Origin: Eledone cirrhosa
Lineage: Eukaryota
Assembly: GCA_964016885.1 (NCBI GenBank)
Contig: OZ024741.1
Span: 361,150,001-361,214,000 of the forward strand
Direction of reading: 5' to 3'
Length of the DNA: 64,000 nucleotides
Below the pieces are notes generated by a model, which did not search any database, was not told the origin of the DNA, and worked only from the letters and a program-made list of their open reading frames with translations. A program made the translations under genes and the position numbers. Below are positions 38,420-50,234 of this stretch, one piece after another (position 1 is the stretch's first letter; each line of letters begins with the position of its first letter).

Positions 38420-38925
38420 GATAGCTGCAACTCGATTTTGAGTAATGCCATTGCATAATACTTAAGCATCAGCATCACAGACGTGGCACCCTAGTCTTGC
38501 TAGGGACTTGCCTATGGCCAGCAATACCATGCATCACAAACAATTTCACATATCAAGCGATGTCTGTGCTTGAAGCTTTTTTAAGCGAGGAAAGGCTTTG
38601 AATGGGGCCAATCCTACTCTCTGAACATCGAATGCATTTGCCCAAAAAGAAGAACTGGTCTACATTATTGGATGCAGAAGAAGTCAAAGGTTTTATATCA
38701 GTGACTTTCTCTTAGAGAGATGTCTTAATGAAGTACCACAAAAAAAAAACTTTATTGGATAGCCATTGACTCTGCTGACTTCCTCCACCATTTGATAGGT
38801 TTTGCTTTTCATCCTGTAGGGTGTCCAAAATCACCCTCCTCTCCTAGCAAGCTTGGCGGGGTTGCCAGTTTAGTCGCCAATGACCTGACCATGCACAGGT
38901 TGTACTGGGTTACATGTTACTGTAC
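38420..38925 (-). mobile_element. Diverged relative of the (TACA)n-associated retroposon
   Basis: Shares gtccaaaatcaccctcc, ggggttgccagtttagtcgccaa and gctgcaactcg. Further relatives at 20926-21100, 22185-22550 and 53680-53990. Confidence 0.7.
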
Positions 38926-39400
38926 ATACATACATACAATAATTCATACATTCATACCTAAATCATACATACATATATATATACAAACATATATATATAT
39001 ATACATATAAACAAATATATACATTCTTTCATACATACAGACAGACAACATATACACACAATTATAGATAATGTATTAACTATACATAATATAAGGTGCA
39101 CTGCTCGCACGGTCACAAACCATGATGATATGGCCGGCCTTCACATTGGTTGTGGCATAAATATTAGACTGTGTGTGACTGACAATGTGTTACAGTTATC
39201 ACCATGCTGCAGTCTGCTGCAATCTCAACGTCGCTGTTGCACTTCCTGTTTTCATTTTCTTTATCTTCATTCCCAAAAGTCTAAAAAGACTTTGTTTTTG
39301 TATCTCTGTGCTTGTTTTGTTTATTCTTGAACTATATAAATATATCCATATGTAGTTCTCAGCCAAGAGAAATGAGTATCAATATCAAAGTAGAGTTTAA

Positions 39401-39528
39401 ATATTCATTTTATTCAGACTAAATAGTGAGTCTTGTTACTCTGGAGTTTCACCTGCTTCTTACAGGTGAGAAGCAGGTGAAACTCTAGAGTAACAAAACT
39501 CACTATTTAGCCTTAATAAAATGAATAT
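39401..39528. mobile_element. Fold-back element whose arms each carry the 3' half of a hammerhead ribozyme
   Basis: ~60-bp inverted arms around tacaggtg. The plus arm reads caggt-GAAA-ctctagag-TA-acaa (palindromic stem III, GUA). Ends in (TA)n. Confidence 0.75.
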
Positions 39529-39577
39529 ATATATATGTGTGTATATATATATATATTTCATTTCATTTGATTTCATT

Positions 39578-39900
39578 TCATTTTACGTCCGCTTTTTCCC
39601 TGCTTGCAAGGGAGGGACAGGAACTGATTCTGGCTTTATTTCTACAGCTGGATGCCCTTCCTAACACCAACCTCATTTACAGTGAGTGCTGGGTGCTTTT
39701 TTCCGTGGCACCTCCACGTCCACTTTACAGTGGAATGATATAGACCCCAGTCCCTATCATCTCATTTCTACAGCTGAGTAAACTGGAGCAATGTGAAATA
39801 AAGTGTCTTGCTCAAGGAAACACATTACCCGGTCTGAGAATTGAACTCACAACCTTTTGATTGCAAGGCCAATGCTCTAACCACTAAGCCATGTGCCTCC
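39578..39900 (-). mobile_element. Full-length composite SINE: tRNA-like head, central cttgagcaagacactttatttcac core, RTE-derived tail
   Basis: Minus strand starts ggaggcacatggcttagtggttagagc...gagttcaattc and ends gcaagcagggaaaaagcggacgtaaaatga, like the RTE tail. Relatives at 26700-26945 and 32020-32398. Confidence 0.8.
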
Positions 39901-39951
39901 ATATACATACATACACACATACATACATACATACATACATACATACATACA

Positions 39952-40560
39952 TGGTGGCTGCCAACTCGTTTTCGAGTACGGCCACTACTTTATATCCATG
40001 TAAGATAACCCCTACCGATGCGCTGAACGAGTGTGACTTTTTAGTCCAGCCAGCGACTTGAAAACTCTGGTACAAACACCACACTTGTGACAATTATTGA
40101 CACATAGTGCTGGGCCCATGGTACCATGTGACGACAAGTGCAGAGAGATCTCCAGATATAAAGCAATGCCTGTGCCGTGAAGCTTTTATAGTGAGCAAAG
40201 GCATTGCACCAAGCCAGTCCCACTCTCTTAACCAAGATGATATTTACCAAAAAGAAGAACAAGTCAACATCATTGGATACCATCAGGGTTGCAGGTGTTA
40301 TATCAGAGTTTTCCTTCTCCTAGAATTCTGCCTTGACAAAGGCTAAGGGGTCATCTCTCCCGGTGATTTTGGATGGCCATTGACTCTTAAGAGCTCCTTT
40401 GCCCTTTGACAGGTTTTGTTTTTAGTCCTGCAGGATGTCCAAAGTCACCCTCCTCACCAAAAAACCTTGGTGGGGTTGCCAGTTTAGTCGCCAACGACCC
40501 GACCATGAGACAGGTTGTAGTGGGATACATGTTACCAGTAGCACCAACTGGTGACCTGAC
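39952..40560 (-). mobile_element. Complete copy of the ~600-bp (TACA)n-associated retroposon
   Basis: Flanked on both sides by (TACA)n. Near-identical to 37161-37757. Confidence 0.85.
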
Positions 40561-40612
40561 ATACATACATACATACATGCATACATACATACATACATAT
40601 ATATATATATAT

Positions 40613-40740
40613 GAAGTTCACAACACAATGTATTGTCACACTGAGTGCCAATGATAAATCTGTTAGCATTGAAAACATTTTTGCTCATATACCATCTCGG
40701 AGAAATGGAACAGTAGTCAACTTTACCATATATATATATG

Positions 40741-40823
<83 letters not shown>

Positions 40824-41048
40824 AAAAAAGATGAAATCGAAAATGCAACTGGAGTCTTTTTTTTTTAAATATATTTATTTGGTTCCTTTACCGCTTTCGC
40901 AGTTCTTGTGCTTTTCAAAAGTAGAATTGAGATGGAGGATTTGTGGTTTTTTACTTTTGAAAAGCACAAGAACTGTGAAACCGGTAAAGGAACCAAATAA
41001 ATATATTTAAAAAAAGACTCCAGTTGCATTTTCGATTTCATCTTTTTT

Positions 41049-41103
<55 letters not shown>

Positions 41104-41219
41104 TGGTAAAGTTGACTACTGTTCCATTTCTCAGAGATGGCATATCAGCAAAAATGTTTTCAATGCTAACAGATTTATCATTGGCACTCAGTGTGACAAT
41201 ACATTGTGTTGTGAACTTC
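40613..41219. mobile_element. Large fold-back (arms 40613-40923 / 40952-41219); each arm contains a hammerhead variant, a (TA)n tract and ~115 bp of outer sequence
   Basis: Arms are reverse complements except for (TA)n length and a few substitutions. Confidence 0.85.
40954..40989 (+). ncRNA. Minimal hammerhead ribozyme motif, U3-A8 core variant
   Basis: ctt-TTGAAAA-gca-caagaac-tgt-GAAA-ccgg-TA-aag. Palindromic stem III ACCGGT, GUA triplet. A mirror copy lies on the minus strand at ~40886-40921. Confidence 0.65.
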
Positions 41220-41404
41220 CTGTTGATTTTATTTATTTATGGCTATAGTCTACAGACAGATTTTAGAGAGACCACAAGCTGTGCAGTGTTGTGACCAAAC
41301 AGTTTGAAAGTGTTTCTATTAATTTTATTAAAAATTGTTTGTTGTTGTGTTGTTTGTTGTAGATGTACTATTTTATCATTGCCAGTTAAATGTTTCATCA
41401 AGAT

Positions 41405-41800
41405 GATCATCATCGCTGTTTAACGTCCACCTTCCATGTTAGCATGGGTTAGATGGGTTATCCCATTTGAGTCAGGTTGGGTCAAGTGACCATATCCTGC
41501 TCATACAGAACTGTTTCTGGCTAGATTTCTACAGCTGGATGTCCTTCCTAACGCCAACCACATTTACAGTGTGTGCTGGGTGCTTTTTGCTGTGACTCCT
41601 ACATAACTTTACAGTGTGTGCTGGGTGCTTTTTGTCGTGACACCTACACAACCACTTTACAGTGTGTGCTGGGTGTTTTTGTAGTGACTCCTACAAGACC
41701 ACTATACAGTGTGGACTGGGTGCTTTTTGTAGTGACTCCTACAAGACCAATCTACAGTGTGGACTGGGTGCTTTTTGTAGTGACAGCTACACAGCCACTT
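41405..41800 (-). repeat. RTE 3'-UTR/SINE tail with ~5 units of the 48-bp minisatellite
   Basis: Reverse-orientation tttacagtgtg(ga)ctgggtgctttttgt units. Confidence 0.8.
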
Positions 41801-42127
41801 TCCAGTTACCCAGTAGTAAATCTCAATGGTAGATGGAGAGATCAGATATTAAAATGGTCTCAATACCAATCATAGGCAGAACCTAATGCAATCACAATGA
41901 ACAGGAATAAATGGAAAAATATGTTCATGATGTTTCATATTTTGCTGTAAGTGGAAATAATAATTAAAATAACAATCTACTAGACATTAAAAAATATATC
42001 CAACACAAAATTTACACAACGCCATCTCGTGGCACTGAATGTCAACAATAATCCTGTTGGCCATTGAAAGTATTTGTTGCAGAGGAACAACCGGAATAAT
42101 GGAAAAGTAATCAGCTTTAACACTAAT

Positions 42128-42810
42128 AATAGTAATATACGCGAACGGCAAAGCATAAACGAACTAAGGGAAAAATTAGAAATAAGAGGGATCAGATGTT
42201 GTTTACTCGAGAGAAGGCTACGTTGGTATGGACACGTGATGCGCATGAAAGACGACAGCTGTATAAAAAAGTGCAGGGCAATAAAGATAGACGGTAGCCA
42301 TGGAGTAGGCAGACCCAGAAAAACCTGGGACGACCTGATAAATTCCGACCTCACACACTTACACCTCTCCAAGACAATGTCACTGGACCGAGACCTTTGG
42401 CGGTACTCAGTAATAGAGAAGACCCGCCTTACCTAAATACATAGTAAAACCTACTACAGTCAGTAGGCATCTCTAACCCCCCCCCCTCCATCCACACCGC
42501 CCCTTTCAATGTAAAGTTATGTTGGTGCCACAACATCCAGGCTGAAACAAATGAGGTCGTGTAGGTGTCACGACAAAAAAAACACACAGTCCACGCTGTA
42601 ATGTGGCCGTGTAGGCAACACGGTAAAAACCTCCCAGCCCCACACTGTAAATGTGGTTGGTGTTAGGAAGGGCATCCAGCTGTAGAAAACCTGCCAGATA
42701 GTCCTATGCGAGCAAGACAACCACTCTTGCCTCAAGTGGGAAAACTCCCGTCCAAACCCATGCAAGCGTGGAACATGGACGTTAAACGATGGTGATGATG
42801 ATGATGATGA
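42128..42810 (+). mobile_element. 5'-truncated RTE LINE 3' end plus 3' UTR
   Basis: NSNIRERQSINELREKLEIRGIRCCLLERRLRWYGHV...; near-identical to 16980-17675 in the opposite orientation. Confidence 0.9.
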
Positions 42811-42852
42811 TTTACTCTACAAAACATATTGAGTTCTCTTTACTCTGCCCAT

Positions 42853-42946
42853 ACTGCTGCTGCTACTACTACTAGTGCTGCTGTTGGTATTGCTGCTGTT
42901 GCTACTGCTGCTGCTGTTGCTACCACTGTCGCTGCTGCTGCTGCTG

Positions 42947-42978
<32 letters not shown>

Positions 42979-42988
42979 GCTGCTGCTG

Positions 42989-43026
<38 letters not shown>

Positions 43027-43270
43027 ACTACTACTACTGCTACTGCTGCTGGTGCTGCTACTACTACTGCTGCTACTACTACCACCACTACTGCTGTTGC
43101 TGCTGCTTCTACTACTACTGCTGCTGCTACTACTACTACTACTACTACTACTACTATTACTACTACTACTACTACTGCTGTTGCTGCTACTACTACTGCT
43201 GCTGCTACTACTACTACTACTACTACTACTACTGTTGCTGCTACTACTACTGCTGCTGCTGCTACTGCTT
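42853..43270. repeat. (CTA/CTG)n trinucleotide microsatellite
   Basis: Visible repeat. Source of the poly-S/L/T/V ORFs. Confidence 0.95.
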
Positions 43271-43655
43271 TCAAATACTATAGGATAAAACAAACATTGG
43301 TTTAATAACATTAGTTACTAAAATAAATTATGCAACAACTCAAGAACAAACTTAACACAACAGTACCAAACAAACACTCCACTTAGTAATTACAAACCAC
43401 ACACAAAAATATTGTATAACGAATTTTATTTGGCAAATTGAATATAAAATGTACGAATTCATTATTTGATAAACAAATACCAAAAAACATAACATACATT
43501 GACTAAAATTAACAATATGATTATTATAACATAAAATCGGTATAAATCATCAGTATAAGTGATCCTCCATCAGTTTCAATGATGAGCATTCTACTTTATA
43601 TGTCTATCTCCTGTATCCATCTATATCAATCCATCTTTGTATATCTATCTAGCTA

Positions 43656-44250
43656 TACAGCTTGTAACAGGTAAATTGGGACCATTTAAATATCTTTATT
43701 ATAATTGGTATAACTTGGAAAAATCAAACACTGCAAATTATATTTATGCCAATTTATTGTGGAGTGTTTAGCACTTATTTCAGTTCAATGTAACCACCAT
43801 TTGCTTTCTTTACCAGTTTAATCCATTTATGAAATGATGCTCATGCATTATTTCTTCCTTGTTCATTTTACCAAATCCTCACTTGATTGAAGCCTTCAGT
43901 GAAGACACACAGTTGTGAGAAGTTGAGTTGGATATTGCTTCAACTGCACCCCATAGCCAAAATTCTGGCAAACTAGAGGGCCAGATATCTTTAGGGACAA
44001 ACATGGGGAATTCCTTCTTCAAAAATTCTTGCACTCTTTTTGAAGATTGGGCGGGCACGGAGTCCTGTACAAACATGACTCAACTTGCATCCTAATGCTT
44101 CCTGATCCAAGGCAACAAAATTCTTCTAAGATTATGAGATACTATGCTGTGTTGATTTTAAAACCTGCTTCAATAAAGTTAGGAGGCATCAATTTTCCAT
44201 CACTTGCAACTGCTCCAAAGACCATAATGGAAGCTGGATTTAAACCTGGC
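43656..44250 (-). mobile_element. Tc1/mariner-superfamily transposase remnant
   Basis: FVQDSVPAQSSKRVQEFLKKEFPMFVPKDIWPSSLPE..WLWGAVEA..HNCVSSLKASI resembles the QQDGAPAH...WPPSSPDLNP catalytic region. TA-CAG-type terminus near 43656. Confidence 0.75.
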
Positions 44251-44484
44251 AGAGCCCATCTCCTCTCCATGTTTGAATATGGCAGACTTCTTCCAGAGAA
44301 GGGTAGAGAGTTAGAGAAAGGATGTGAGAAAGAGATATAGAGAAAGAATTAAACCCAGAATAGACTGGTACTTTTTTTATCAACCTCGAATGGATGAAGG
44401 CAAAGTTGACCTTGATGAGATTTGAACTGAGAGAGCAGAGAGCCAGAACGAATACTACAAAACACTCTATCTGATGGTCTAATG

Positions 44485-44797
44485 CAGGGGTGTGCAACAT
44501 ATTCCATTAGCGGGCCACTTTTGAAAATTGGAACAACTATTACGGCCATTAAGATTTATTAAGCACTATTCCAAAGATTTACCACAACTTCTTTCTATGG
44601 AACTGGGAAATTATAACACACAAAACCCTATCAGTGAAGCCCTTTAGTATAGGTCAACTAACAGAAAATTGTAGTACAGTTATGAGAAAATTCTAAATAA
44701 GCCTACAAGGTAAAAATTAAAAACGGTCATAATGGGCCACTCTGACTGGTCTGGTGGGCCGGATTGTGGCCTGTGGGCCGCCTGTTGCACGCCCCTG
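44485..44797. mobile_element. hAT-type MITE inserted in a SINE
   Basis: TIRs caggggtgtgcaac / gttgcacgcccctg. 8-bp TSD gtctaatg / ttctaatg. Confidence 0.85.
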
Positions 44798-45229
44798 TTC
44801 TAATGGCTCTGCCAGTTTGCTGCATATAGGAGACACGGTAAAAAGGCTCCCAGTCCACACTGTGAATGTGGTTGGTGTTAGGAAGGGCATCCAGCTGTAG
44901 AAAACCTGCCAGAAACATTTCTGTACGATCGAGACACGGTCCCCCGACCAATCTTGTCTCAAATGGGACAAAACTGTCTAACCCATGCTAGCGTGGAAGA
45001 TGGACATTAAACGATGATGATGATGATATGAAATAAATAATATGCATATGCTTATATGTATTTATATGTGAGGTGATCATCGTTGTTTTCATTGTTGTTG
45101 TTGTACATGTCCTACTGAAGCAATTCCAATTCCACTTGCTGATCTATCTAGTCATTTGCTGTGGCAGGGACTATTGATTTGTTAAAAGCCAGCTGGAACT
45201 CGAAAATGTGATTACATATTTATAAGTTA

Positions 45230-46658
45230 CTAGCAGTAAAGCCCGGCGTTGCTCGGGGTCGCTCAGTAGCTGTGTTAAAGTTACAATGTTAAGTTTCTTT
45301 CTTGGCTTAAAAACTGTAGTGTCTACTGTGCAGACTTGCATGTGGTGTTTTTGATTAATATTCCCTCAACCAACAATATGCCTTATGAAGTTAAGAAAAC
45401 ATAACGATAACCCGAATGTTATAACAAAATAGGATGCTGGGGATAAAAACTGCACTGGTTATTTATTAACAAAGATCGAAAATGTAAACACTGCAACGCA
45501 GAGAAAAACAACGTAAGACGCTCAATGTAAACAGAACAAAGGGAAATAACTCGTCACTTACGCTCAAAAATCGATACATTAGATTCAATTTCGTCACATA
45601 GGGTGGGTCAATTTGAAATATTTTTTTTCCGATGTCTTCGCTAGGGCTCAATGTACAAGTATAGCAATTTCGGTGCAATTCCGTCAGAGATTCTAAGAGG
45701 AGATGTGTGCCAAAAATCGATAGACAGACAGACAACCACAGCTTTATATATATAAGACTAGCAGTAAAGCCCGGCGTTGCTCGGGGTCCCTCAGTAGCTG
45801 TGTTAAAGTTACAATGTTAAGTTTCTTTCTTGGCTTAAAAACTGTAGTGTCTACTGTGCAGACTTGCATGTGGTGTTTTTGATTAATATTCCCTCAACCA
45901 ACAATATGCCTTATGAAGTTAAGAAAACATAACGATAACCCGAATGTTATAACAAAAGAGGATGCTGGGGATAGAAACTGCACTGGTTATTTATTAACAA
46001 AGATCAAAAATGTAAACACTGCAACGCAGAGAAAAACATTAGCGTAACCAAATTATCAGTTATGTCTGTCTGCACGCCTATATCACCTCTCTGCACGACT
46101 ATCTGTCTGCACGCCTATATCACCTCTCTGCACGACTGTCTGTCTGCACGCCTATATCACCTCTCTGCACGACTGTCTGTCTGCACGCGTATATCACCTC
46201 TCTGCACGACTGTCTGTCTGCACGCCTAACGACGAAATATTTGCTAGTTTTACGTAGTCTTTAAATAGACTTGTTTTCAAGTAAAAATATTGTTTTAAAA
46301 TGCTTTTAAATGGAAATGAAGCAAAACGGAAGCTTAGTGTTCGAACTGATGAATTTTGCAGGTCAATATTTTGCTGGCTCGACAACTGTTCGTAAAGCCA
46401 GCGTAATTTTTTACGTAAGACGCTCAATGTAAACAGAACAAAGGGAAATAACTGATCACTTACGCTCAAAAATCGATACATTATATTCGATTTCGTCAGA
46501 TAGGGCGGGTCAATTTGAAATATTTTTTTTCCGATGTCTTCGCTAGGGCTCAATGTACAAGTATAGCAATTTCGGTGCAATTCCGTGAGAGATTCTAAGA
46601 GGAGATGTATGCCAAAAATCGATAGACACACAGACAACCACAGTTTTATATATATAGA
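45230..46658 (-). mobile_element. Tandem pair of non-autonomous Helitrons (45230-45757 and 45758-46658)
   Basis: Minus strand has 5'-TC and 3'-CTAG termini, a subterminal hairpin cccgagcaacgccggg, insertion between A and T, and a direct CTAG|TC junction. Confidence 0.85.
46063..46228. repeat. 37-bp tandem repeat (~4.5 units) inside the Helitron
   Basis: Unit tgtctgtctgcacgcctatatcacctctctgcacgac. Confidence 0.9.
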
Positions 46659-47686
46659 TAAAGTAAATATCTAGTGTGTTTTGTTGTATTAGTTCCTGTT
46701 TAGTCAATTATTTTAGAAATAACAGCCTATATTGTTCTAGCACCAGAACTCCTAAATAACTTGATTCAGCCATGTTTTTACTAGTTTGGTTAGTGTTTCC
46801 TCAAGCTATTCCTATATGCTTACTCTCTCATGTAAAACTGGTACCCAGATATTTAGTGCTAGCCATATAATGTGTGCTCTATTCTTCCAAAAATTGTATA
46901 ACTGGCAATTGTTCTTTCACTTGGTGATCAGCCAATCTATTTTAAAAGCTGGCCCACAAAATTTATGAGAAAAACTTTATGGACAACCAAATATGAATTT
47001 ACTTTTAATTCTATTAAGCAACACAGTAAGATATAAATATTTTAAATTTAGAAATTAATCTTGCATTGTATAAGATACAAATAAATTTTAGATTTTAGAT
47101 TGTCTTATGTAAATAATTAGTGACTTTGTTGGTCTTATGAAACTCAGTGTGGAAAATATAAAATTGCTTACCTTGCCTATCTTCTCCAGCCATTATTCTT
47201 GCCTAACTGTGTAGCCCAAGAATCAAAACTGTGTCCAGAAATTAGTATTTCACATGAGATCATGGACACACAACCTTTCACATCAAATTCACATGAGGAA
47301 AGAAGCCCTTTCATTTTCCACTTCCACTTATAACCTCACAATATCAACTATCAAAATTTTGGTATGGACCTCCAGTGGCCCATCTGCTCAACATGAAACA
47401 CATTATGCATCACTGCTTTAATTTGTAGTGTGGCATTGACCTCCTTCTGTAAAGAGAGATGAGCTCCACCAGCTGTGCCAAACTTAGATATGGGCTATGC
47501 AAGATATAGCCCAGGGCCTCACTGTCTAGAGATCTACAGTCTCATTTTGAATATGTATTAAAATATATATTAAAATATAGTTTTGAAACACGTTTGTCTA
47601 AATTTAGAATATTATAATTGTTATTAAATGCATTTCTTTAATTTTAGGTGTCACTTCAGTTTTCAAGGTCAGTGGGAATGTCCAGA

Positions 47687-48285
47687 TGACACTGACTAAC
47701 AGACTGCTGAAGGCCAAAGACATGTTTTCACTGCTCAGCTAAGGTGACACTGACTAACAGACTGTTGAGGGCCAAAGACATGTTTTCACTGCTCAGCTAA
47801 GGTGACACTGACTAACAGACTGTTGAGGGCCAAAGGCATGTTTTATCTGCTCAGCTAAGGTGACACTGACTAACAGACTGTTGAGGGCCAAAGACATGTT
47901 TTCACTGCTCAGCTAAGGTGACACTGACTAACAGACTGTTGAGGGCCAAAGGCATGTTTTATCTGCTCAGCTAAGGTGACACTGACTAACAGACTGTTGA
48001 GGGCCAAAGACATGTTTTCACTGCTCAGCTAAGGTGACAATGACTAACAGACTGCTAAGGGCCAAAGACATGTTTTATCTGCTCAGCTAAGGTGACACTG
48101 ACTAACAAACTGCTGACTGCTGAGGGCCAAAAGTGTGGTTTCGCTGCTCAGTTAAGACAACGCTGACTAACAGACTGCTGGCTGCAGTGAGCCAATAGTG
48201 TGTTCTCACTGTTCAGCTAAGGTGATATTGAGAAACTGACTGCTTATTACTGAGGACCAGAAGTGTGTTTCATTACTCAGCTAAT
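47687..48285. repeat. 58-bp minisatellite, ~10 units, degenerating rightwards
   Basis: Unit tgacactgactaacagactgttgagggccaaagacatgttttcactgctcagctaagg at 47687, 47745, 47803 and onward. Confidence 0.92.
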
Positions 48286-49077
48286 ATGCATTCCATTTTC
48301 ATTTCCATCTTTCTGCAGCAGCTAAGACTTCAGTTTTATGTAACAGCTCAATGACCTACGAGCATTGCCAAAATGTTTATGTAGACAGTCCACTCTCGGA
48401 AGCAGGCAAAACACAGCTTTTGTCACTGTCATAAGTGTGTGTATGTTATTATTGTTTCACTCTTCAGTTTCTTAACAAAAGAAAGAAGCTGCTATTGTTT
48501 TGTAATTCACAGACCAATGCACGCCACAGTTACATCTTACAAACGTGCCTGAGCAGATCTGGCACTACCATTAAGGCTAACTAAAGTGCAAATGTTTTAG
48601 AAACACCTTACTGAACCACAAAGGATCACAGTTTTATGCAAATTTGTATCGTTAAATTAAATATAGAATAATTTCTTAAGATCAATAAATAAACTGCTAA
48701 GCATCTTTACTGTGTAGCAGTGTTGTGAAAATATCCAAAGCGTTATGACCTGTAAGATAATTTGGCATGGATGAGTGTGATGCTTGATTGTACAGACTTC
48801 AGAATTTTCTTAGTGTAGTCAGAAGAAAATGTGCTAAAAACTTGATTTGTCAGCTTACCAAACTGTAAATTGAAATTATTTTATTTTGGAAAATGTGGTG
48901 CATAGCTGGAAGAAGGGGCAAGCCTAGGGTGCTAAATGCCCAGATGCTGGCTCTGCAACTGAGTATATGCAAAAGCAGAAGTGTTGAGAATATGTGATAA
49001 TTTTATAAATAAGATTGGAAGATTCAAAAGAAGTGGATTAGAATAAATGTAGTCAATTTGCAACACTTTTCATTGAC

Positions 49078-49145
49078 CAATATATAGGCAATATATAGGC
49101 AATATATAGGCAATATATAAGCAATATATAGGCAATATATAGGCA
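49078..49145. repeat. 11-bp tandem repeat (caatatatagg)x6
   Basis: Directly visible. Confidence 0.9.
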
Positions 49146-50234
49146 CAAGGCCAGCAATGGAAATGAGTTTTAACTCTTTCGATATTAAATTGCCTGAAAT
49201 TGTCTGCAGCCAACCAAAGGGTTAGGATGACCCTTTAGTAGTGTCAAGAACATTACAACCTCCCTAGTATTGGTAATCTACACGATAAATGCACCCAGAA
49301 CACGCTGTAAAGTGTTTGGTGTTAGGAAGGGCATCCACCCATAGAAAGCTTGCCAAAACAGGGGTTGGGGGGACCTTTTAGTTTGTGTCAAAAGACACAA
49401 CTTCTGTGCATTCAATAGAACATATGACCATACATAAGTATGATGCAGACGCCTCAGCTTGTCTGGGAGATCAATAGCCTCATTTCAGAACTGACTTGGT
49501 CTATATAGACCTGTCCAACCCTTGGTAGCAGAGAAAGTGGACATTAAACAATGATGATGATAGTATATATATATATATATTCGTTTTACTTATATATATG
49601 TAAAGGCAGACACAGCAAGACAAGATCAGATTGTGAAGACCAACCTTAAGAAGCTGAATCTTACAACCAAGACGAAAAAGTACTGTAAGGACATACGTGC
49701 TTCATTTCTTTCTAGCTTTTACAGATCTTTTGTGGTTAAGGCCTATTTTTCACTGCCATGTAGCATTGCAGTTTGCATGTAGGCATCATGTTGTACTGAT
49801 GGAGATCTACCCGCCAGTATAAAATGTGACCTGACCTGATGCATCCACATATCTCCCTTCCTCTATCACTCCTTCACAACTTTTCTCCCCATCACTGTAC
49901 ACCCCTCCCTTTTCATGACCCCCATCTCCACTATCCTCCTGTAGTAACTACTCTCACTATCACTCTACACCCACACTTTTACTCTATCCAAGGTTGTGCC
50001 CTCCTCTGAACTCCTGCCACCCATATTCTATCAAGGATCAACTCACACTCTTCTTTCACTCTAGGCAAAATCACCCCCACCCTGCTAAAATCCTGACACA
50101 CCAGTCATAACCTCCTCCCCTTCTACTCCCTCTACTCATCACCCAAATCTAAACCACCCCACCATAATAAACCCATGACATCAAGTTTATCATTCTCCTT
50201 GTCCTCTACCCTAACTATTGCAGGGTAGAGAGGG

